From Candidatus Micrarchaeota archaeon (GTDB lineage: Archaea; Micrarchaeota; Micrarchaeia; Micrarchaeales; CABMGC01), in NCBI GenBank assembly GCA_027319905.1, contig DAHVMJ010000020.1, forward strand, positions 1 through 11,671: a stretch of DNA of 11,671 nucleotides, in the 5' to 3' direction. Position numbers and translations under genes: made by a program. The notes beneath the pieces were generated by a model. It had not been told where the DNA came from, made no database searches, and saw only the letters and a list, made by a program, of their open reading frames with translations. Positions 6,530 through 11,671 of this stretch are shown piece by piece; positions within the stretch are counted from its first letter, which is position 1, and every line of letters starts with the position of its first letter.

Positions 6530-8224
6530 ATGAAGGTACTCCAGCTTGACGTAGAGAAACTAGCATACGACGTGCTCAAGCCGGAGGCGAGCGTCTACGA
6601 GGATACGAAGGAGAAGCACGCCGAGTTTGATGACGCGCTCGTCATGTGGATATGCGTCGAGAAGGGCGATACTGACGAGACCGCTGACGCGGCGATGAGG
6701 GACACGCTTGCGTTCATGGAGCAGGTGGGCAGGAAGAAGCTCGTCATCTATCCGTTCGCGCACCTGAGCAGCGACCTTGCCGAGCCCGAAGAGGCCATGC
6801 GCGTACTGGAACACATGTACAAGAGCGTGCCGAAGGGCATACAAGCAAGCAAGGCGCCTTTTGGCTGGACCAAGAAGTTCACGATAGAGATGAAAGGCCA
6901 CCCGCTCGCGGAGCAGGCGAAGAGCTACGATGCCAAGGGCAAGGGCAGGAAGACGTACAAGAAGGCGAAACCCACAAGCGTCAACACGGCGATAGTCAAG
7001 AAGAGCGACTGGTCCGGGCTGCCGGCCAACGACCACAGGACCATAGGAGAGAAGCTGGATCTGTACAGCTTCCAGGAGGTCTCTCCCGGCATGGTGTACT
7101 GGCATCCGAAGGGCCATGCGATGTACCGCGAGCTTCTAAAATTCGTAAGGGAGAACGAGGACAGGCATGGCTATGAGGAGATAAGCACCCCTGCCATAGC
7201 TAACATAGCGCTGTGGCACGTGAGCGGCCACATAGACCACTACAAGGACAACATGTTCCTGTTCGAATCGGAGGGCCAGGAATACGGCCTGAAGCCGATG
7301 AATTGTCCCTCCTCGATACTCATCTACAAGTCAAAGCGGTGGAGTTACAGGGACCTGCCGTTCAGGAGCGCCATAATGGACCGCCTATACAGGAATGAGA
7401 TAAGCGGAGCGCTCACCGGCCTGTTCAGGGTCAGGGAACTCACCCAGGACGATGCGCACATATTCCTCAGGGAGGATCAGTTGCAGGAGGAACTGCAAAA
7501 TGTACTCAAGCTGCTGAACGAGACCTACTCGACATTCGGATTCAGCTATAAGGCGAAGCTCTCCACCATGCCTGACGACCACATGGGCGATGAAAAGCTA
7601 TGGGAAAGGGCAACAGAGGGCCTGAAAAAGGCGTTAGACGACAACAAGATAAAGTACGTGGTGAAGGAGAAGGAGGGCGCCTTCTACGGCCCAAAGATAG
7701 ACGTTGATATACAGGATTCCATGGGACGCGAGTGGCAGTGCGCCACGATCCAGATCGACTACCAGCTGCCCCTCAGGTTCAAGCTCGAATATGTGGGCGA
7801 AGACGGCAGGTCGCACACACCGGTGATGGTGCACCACGCCATTCTGGGCTCGCTGGAGAGGTTCATGGGCATACTGGTCGAGCACTATCAGGGCAAGTTC
7901 CCAACCTGGCTGGCGCCGGTGCAGGTAAAGGTGATAGCGATATCCGACCAGTCGAACGAATACGCGCACAAGATCTACGAGCAGCTCAGGAAGGCGAAGA
8001 TACGCGTAGAGGAGGACACGGGCGATCGCACCATGGAGTACAAGCTCAGGGAGGCGATAGAGCAGAAGGTGCCCTACATGCTCGTTGTCGGCAAGAAGGA
8101 AGTGGACGCAGGAACCGTTGCAGTGAGGACGAGGAGCGGGGGCCAGAAGTTCGGGGTCAAGCCTGAGGAATTCATAGAGAAGCTGCACGTTGAGATAGAG
8201 AAGAGGCTGCTCAGCGCCAACTGA
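6530..8224 (+). CDS. thrS: Threonine--tRNA ligase (archaeal editing domain + bacterial-like catalytic core + anticodon-binding domain)
   Basis: N-terminal YPFAHLSSDLA and APFGW.K.F...KGHPLAE. Core DHR.IG..LDL, LKPMNCP, YRNE.SGAL.GL.RVR..TQDDAHIF, GAFYGPKID, WQCATIQ.D, H.AILGSLERF. C-terminal WLAPVQV...KVPYMLVVG.KE. Confidence 0.97.
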   Translation: MKVLQLDVEKLAYDVLKPEASVYEDTKEKHAEFDDALVMWICVEKGDTDETADAAMRDTLAFMEQVGRKKLVIYPFAHLSSDLAEPEEAMRVLEHMYKSVPKGIQASKAPFGWTKKFTIEMKGHPLAEQAKSYDAKGKGRKTYKKAKPTSVNTAIVKKSDWSGLPANDHRTIGEKLDLYSFQEVSPGMVYWHPKGHAMYRELLKFVRENEDRHGYEEISTPAIANIALWHVSGHIDHYKDNMFLFESEGQEYGLKPMNCPSSILIYKSKRWSYRDLPFRSAIMDRLYRNEISGALTGLFRVRELTQDDAHIFLREDQLQEELQNVLKLLNETYSTFGFSYKAKLSTMPDDHMGDEKLWERATEGLKKALDDNKIKYVVKEKEGAFYGPKIDVDIQDSMGREWQCATIQIDYQLPLRFKLEYVGEDGRSHTPVMVHHAILGSLERFMGILVEHYQGKFPTWLAPVQVKVIAISDQSNEYAHKIYEQLRKAKIRVEEDTGDRTMEYKLREAIEQKVPYMLVVGKKEVDAGTVAVRTRSGGQKFGVKPEEFIEKLHVEIEKRLLSAN

Positions 8225-8270
8225 ACCTCATGCTCTCATAAAGCTTTGCATTCATAACACTCTGAGCCGC

Positions 8271-9254
8271 ATGGCTAGGAACGACGATCTTTGGTCTGCT
8301 GTACTTGGCGGGAGCAACAGGAAGAGAGCGGGCATAAGACACGTGAGGTTTCTGAAAGGGAAGGCAGAGAAAGAGCAGAGCGCGATGGAGTACCTGCTCA
8401 CCTACGGTTGGGCAATACTCATAATAGCGATAGTGCTGGGCTTACTGTTCCAGATCGGAATATTCAACGGACTTACCTTCGGGCCCAGGGCACAGCCGGG
8501 GGAGTGCCAGGTGATAAGGACCTTTACTGGGGCTCAGCTGGTGGGCCTTTGCAACGGAGAACTGCCGCAGTATGTGGGCGCACTCAACGGCCAGACCAGC
8601 GGCGGAGGAGGCGGAAACGGTAACGGAAACGGAGGCGCGGGAGGCATCGCGTGCGTGAACTCGACCGTGCCCACCATGAATCTCCAGACCAAGGAGTACA
8701 ACACAGTTGTCTTCTGGATGTACTGGAACGGCACGCTCAACGAGAGCCCGGTAGGCTATCCCGGCTATTTCCTCTGGTTGTCCACGAACAGCTGCATAGG
8801 ATTCTCAACGGGCAACAAAGACGCATACGGGGTGAGCGCGACCAACCTCGTGAACAAATGGGAGATGGTGGCAGTAGAGTTTTACAACGGCCCATACACG
8901 CTTAACAGCACCCTCTACCTCGATGGCCTGAACCAGAGCTTGTATCAGTGCCTGCCAACAGCGCACACAGGCCTGGCAAAGGGCAACCTGCTCATAGGGA
9001 GCTCGACCGGGACGAAATACAGGTTCACTGGTGCGCTCGCCAACGTGCAGGTCTACAACACCTCGCTCAGCAGCGCCGACATACTGGCGCTCTACGACGA
9101 GGGGCTGGGAGGCGCGCCGATCAATCTGAGAAACCTAGTTGCCTGGTTCCCACTCAACGGCAACGCCAACGACTATTCCGGCAATACGCAGAACCTAGTC
9201 TTTGCCAAGTGCGCCTACAGCTACCTCGGCTCTTACACGGTTCCGACCCCGTAG
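8271..9254 (+). CDS. Pilin-like N-terminus LamG/ConA-like surface protein (paralog of 1..748)
   Basis: QSAMEYLLTYGWAILIIAIVLGLLFQIGIF, CNGELPQYV, FTGALANVQVYNTSLS, LYDEGLGGAP..NLVAWFPLNGNANDYSGN. Six N-x-S/T sequons counted by eye. Confidence 0.9.
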   Translation: MARNDDLWSAVLGGSNRKRAGIRHVRFLKGKAEKEQSAMEYLLTYGWAILIIAIVLGLLFQIGIFNGLTFGPRAQPGECQVIRTFTGAQLVGLCNGELPQYVGALNGQTSGGGGGNGNGNGGAGGIACVNSTVPTMNLQTKEYNTVVFWMYWNGTLNESPVGYPGYFLWLSTNSCIGFSTGNKDAYGVSATNLVNKWEMVAVEFYNGPYTLNSTLYLDGLNQSLYQCLPTAHTGLAKGNLLIGSSTGTKYRFTGALANVQVYNTSLSSADILALYDEGLGGAPINLRNLVAWFPLNGNANDYSGNTQNLVFAKCAYSYLGSYTVPTP

Positions 9255-9276
9255 CCGCGGCTAGGCTTTAGACAGC

Positions 9277-9302
9277 AAAAAGAAAAAGGAAAAACAAACA
9301 AC
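9277..9302 (-). terminator. Oligo-T archaeal terminator for the 9325..9480 gene
   Basis: Plus strand AAAAAGAAAAAGGAAAAACAAACAAC gives repeated T5 tracts on the minus strand, about 25-50 nt after the stop at 9325. Confidence 0.6.
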
Positions 9303-9324
9303 AGCGGGAAGAGGAAAGAATCGG

Positions 9325-9480
9325 TCAGTTATTCTTCTCTATTGCCTTTATCCTCTCTCCCACGCCCTTCGCTTCCTTCTCGAGGTTCTTCTTGTATTCC
9401 TTCAGTATCTCGAGCTTCTCCTCCTTGGTGAGGAAGTTGCGCATACCGTATCCATACCCACATTCACAATCTCCGTGCAT
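9325..9480 (-). CDS. Small 51-aa protein with Cys/His/Gly-Tyr N-terminus and coiled-coil C-terminus (DUF5320-like)
   Basis: Below the ORF-track cutoff. MHGDCECGYGYGMRNFLTKEEKLEILKEYKKNLEKEAKGVGERIKAIEKNN*. Has a perfect SD (GGAGGTGA) 6 nt upstream and a downstream T-tract terminator. The DUF assignment is by resemblance only. Confidence 0.85.
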   Translation of the reverse strand: MHGDCECGYGYGMRNFLTKEEKLEILKEYKKNLEKEAKGVGERIKAIEKNN

Positions 9481-9486
9481 TTTGTT

Positions 9487-9494
9487 TCACCTCC
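9487..9494 (-). promoter_or_regulatory. Shine-Dalgarno GGAGGTGA
   Basis: Plus strand TCACCTCC at 9487-9494, 6 nt from ATG 9480. Confidence 0.8.
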
Positions 9495-9503
9495 TGCACC
9501 CCA

Positions 9504-9564
9504 AATATAGGACATCATATATTATGATGGCGCAAATATTTTAATATATCGCATGTCCTATATT
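9504..9564. promoter_or_regulatory. Divergent promoter with paired operators (probable PadR sites)
   Basis: Perfect 12-bp inverted repeat AATATAGGACAT (9504-9515) / ATGTCCTATATT (9553-9564). Inner palindrome CATCATA-tat-TATGATG (9513-9529). AT-only core AAATATTTTAATATAT (9534-9549). Confidence 0.7.
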
Positions 9565-9571
9565 AGTGCTG

Positions 9572-9910
9572 ATGGATATGCGCGGCATGCACGGACACAG
9601 GACCATGAGAGGCGGCTACTGCTGCGACATGCGGGGCATGCTCTCGTTCCAGGTTCTCTGGCTGCTCTCGCGCAAGCCGATGCATGGCGACGAGATAGCT
9701 GAGGAGCTCGCGAAGCGGAGGGGCTTTAAGCCTAAGGCGGGCACCATATACCCAGCCCTGAAGGAGATGAATGAGAGGGGGCTCATAGAAGGTCGGAAGA
9801 AGGGCAAGATAATCGTGTACTCGCTCACCCCGGAAGGAGCGAGGGGCATAAGGCAGGCGGTCATCTATTTCTGCCACAGCTTCGGCGACATATTCGAGAG
9901 CGCAGCATAG
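9572..9910 (+). CDS. PadR-family winged-helix transcriptional regulator
   Basis: RGMLSFQVLWLLSRKPMHGDEIAEEL...GTIYPALKEM...GLIE.....VYSLTPEG. Start is ATG 9572 or GTG 9566. Confidence 0.9.
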   Translation: MDMRGMHGHRTMRGGYCCDMRGMLSFQVLWLLSRKPMHGDEIAEELAKRRGFKPKAGTIYPALKEMNERGLIEGRKKGKIIVYSLTPEGARGIRQAVIYFCHSFGDIFESAA

Positions 9911-9948
9911 AAAGACACATCTTTTCATTATCCGATATTGCTGCGCGT

Positions 9949-11052
9949 CTAGTCCTGCGGTCCGCCGCCGCTGGTCCAACCACCGCCATCGCCAGGTATC
10001 TCGCAGTACGAGTCGCCGTAGAAGGATATCGGGAAGGGAGTCGTTGCCGTCCAGTTGCCTATTCCGTTGACGGATATCGGAGCATACCATGTCTGATGCC
10101 CTGCCGTTGCAGGGTCACGGCTGCCTATGCAGTAAACGTATCCTCCGTGAGTGGCGCACCCGGTCTGGATGAAGTCGATTGGTGTGTTTGTGGTTCGGAC
10201 CCACTGACCTATGCCCGAGCTTGATACATGAGCGTAGTAGGTGATGCTGCCGTAGGGCCCGTCTCCGATGCAGTAGATGTTGCTATCGTATATCGGGCAG
10301 CCGTCGAAAAAGAATGGAATCGGATAGGGCGTTGTCTCTGTCCAGTTGCCTATCCCTTTACTCGAGACCGGAGCGAAGAACGTGCGCGTCATGTTGCTGG
10401 TAAGGTTGGCCGCCACGGACTCGTCTGCAGCACCCAATCCGTGCTCCTTGCCTCCGCCGCCTATGCAGTAGATGTATCCGTTGTTTATCGAGCAGGTGCC
10501 CCAGTAGAACGGCGTCGGATAGGGGGTGCTCTGAGACCAGTTGCCTATCCCACGGTCGGATATGGGCGCAAACTCTGTAACGTTCTGCTTGGGATACCAC
10601 CAGTCGCCGACGCAGTAGATATAGCCGCTATAAGCTGAGCAGCTCTGGTAGGACGTCTGGAAGGGATAGTTCGTAGTGGGCATCCAACTCCCTATGCCTG
10701 ACGGAGAGAGCTTCGCGTAATACGACTGGTTTTCCGCCTGAGTGGCGTTGGTCCCGGTGCAGTAGATATAGCCGTGATATATGTCGCAGCCCACGTCGTC
10801 CACTCCGACAGGATAGCTCGTCGTGTTCCTCCATTGGCCTATGCCGCTATTGGTGAGCGACGCATAGAACGTGAGATTTTGGTTCCCGTGCCCCGAGCTT
10901 CCAACGCAATAGATATAGGTGGCGTTGTACGTTGAAAGGTAAGAGGAGAGGCTCATGGACAGCGAAAGAACTATCCAAGCGGCGGCAGCAACAATGAGGA
11001 GGATGTCACCTATCCCGATTCGCACACACTCACAACTGCTAAGCCATACCAC
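9949..11052 (-). CDS. Secreted or membrane-anchored six-repeat Kelch-like beta-propeller protein
   Basis: N-terminal hydrophobic segment followed by six ~50-aa repeats, consensus YIYC.G...(Y/F)A..S..GIG.W..TT.YP.......C. Start uncertain (GTG 11052 or GTG 11025). Confidence 0.82.
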   Translation of the reverse strand: MVWLSSCECVRIGIGDILLIVAAAAWIVLSLSMSLSSYLSTYNATYIYCVGSSGHGNQNLTFYASLTNSGIGQWRNTTSYPVGVDDVGCDIYHGYIYCTGTNATQAENQSYYAKLSPSGIGSWMPTTNYPFQTSYQSCSAYSGYIYCVGDWWYPKQNVTEFAPISDRGIGNWSQSTPYPTPFYWGTCSINNGYIYCIGGGGKEHGLGAADESVAANLTSNMTRTFFAPVSSKGIGNWTETTPYPIPFFFDGCPIYDSNIYCIGDGPYGSITYYAHVSSSGIGQWVRTTNTPIDFIQTGCATHGGYVYCIGSRDPATAGHQTWYAPISVNGIGNWTATTPFPISFYGDSYCEIPGDGGGWTSGGGPQD

Positions 11053-11108
11053 TAAAGGCTTTTATTTTATGCGTGCTTCTAATTCGCACATGGCGTTCAA
11101 AGGGCATC

Positions 11109-11231
11109 ATGCATGAAAGGTTGCTTTTTTGTGAAATGCCGAAAAGGGAGATAGTGAGGATGGCCTACCAGGACAGGGCGCGCAGGGTGATACTCAGCAT
11201 GTACCCGGTGGAGAAGAGCCACACCCTCTGA
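11109..11231 (+). CDS. Possible small ORF or gene remnant (40 aa; 31 aa from ATG 11136)
   Basis: MHERLLFCEMPKREIVRMAYQDRARRVILSMYPVEKSHTL*. The 3' part uses codons typical of neighbouring genes (AGG, ATA, GC-ending). No motif recognised. Confidence 0.3.
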   Translation: MHERLLFCEMPKREIVRMAYQDRARRVILSMYPVEKSHTL

Positions 11232-11248
11232 GACTGAAGTAGGCGAGG

Positions 11249-11551
11249 CTAAAGCGCACCCTCAGACCTGAGCAGCCTCTCCTTCTTGTTGGTTCCTCCC
11301 TTTGCAGAATAGTTGCCTAAGCTCCCGTCGCTCTTAACGACTCTGTGGCAGGGTATAATGGGAGCGAGAGGGTTGATCCGCATCACGCTGCCAACAGCCC
11401 TGTATGCATTCGGCCTGTGGGCCGCGGCGGCTATCTGCTTGTACGTGCGCGTCTCGCCCTTCGGAATCGAGGCGGTGGCGACCAGCACCTCTTTCTGAAA
11501 TGGAGTAAGATCATACGCTTCGAGAAGCTTCCTTGCCCTGTCTGCCCTCAT
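11249..11551 (-). CDS. ogt: Methylated-DNA--protein-cysteine methyltransferase (MGMT), C-terminal domain only
   Basis: TPFQKEV...IPKGETRTYKQIA, RAVGS, NP..PIIPCHRVV with active-site Cys, K..LL..EG. Confidence 0.9.
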   Translation of the reverse strand: MRADRARKLLEAYDLTPFQKEVLVATASIPKGETRTYKQIAAAAHRPNAYRAVGSVMRINPLAPIIPCHRVVKSDGSLGNYSAKGGTNKKERLLRSEGAL

Positions 11552-11583
11552 GAAGAGACTTTGCGCAATCTAGATTATTAGCC

Positions 11584-11671
11584 TTTCCGATAAACACCAT
11601 ACTCACCGCTTTCATCATAGCCATACTGGTCAGCGTCATAGCCGGCCTCTATCCAGCATGGCGCGCAAGCA
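11584..11671 (+). pseudogene. Orphan C-terminal fragment of a MacB/FtsX-type ABC transporter permease
   Basis: Reads FPINTILTAFIIAILVSVIAGLYPAWRAS, the last TM helix plus the GLYPAWRAS signature. The frame has an upstream in-frame TGA (11551-11553) and no start codon, and ogt occupies the space where the rest of the gene would be. Confidence 0.72.

Noticed and set aside
1..9254. Diversity-generating retroelement or recent gene conversion between the two LamG paralogs
   Set aside because: There is no reverse transcriptase or near-identical TR/VR pair, and the shared protein motifs differ at many synonymous sites, so these two copies are old paralogs.
9949..10930. Recurring DNA words (e.g. GCAGTAGAT, CCAGTTGCCTAT) as a CRISPR-like array
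   Set aside because: They are the codons of the in-frame IYC and GIGNW protein repeats and are degenerate at third positions.
11578..11670. Minus-strand frame ending ...GYDADQYGYDESGEYGVYRKG* as a gene upstream of ogt
   Set aside because: It is the exact antisense of the permease-like frame, which carries a recognisable family signature. It cannot be fully excluded without downstream sequence.

Overview
Archaeal chromosomal window, most likely DPANN/Micrarchaeota-like. This is inferred from TATA boxes about 25-35 nt upstream of start codons, an archaeal-type ThrRS editing domain, and two 'QSAMEYLxTYGWAILIIA' class III signal/LamG surface proteins. From left to right the window holds: a pilin-like LamG gene truncated by the window edge (not in the ORF track); a divergent NodU/CmcH-family carbamoyltransferase plus sulfatase-fold enzyme pair; a convergent operon (RHH regulator, hypothetical protein, cysD, cysN) abutting it tail-to-tail; a chimeric thrS; a second pilin-like LamG gene; a divergent small Cys/His protein and PadR pair with nested operators; a Cys-rich six-repeat propeller protein; a minimal ogt; and an orphan C-terminal fragment of a MacB/FtsX permease. 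The best candidate for an undescribed system is the 807-6364 block, a putative glycan carbamoylation/sulfation module resembling nodU + nodPQ, near sequon-rich surface proteins. No rRNA, tRNA, CRISPR array or mobile element was recognised. All family calls come from motifs read by eye, not database searches.
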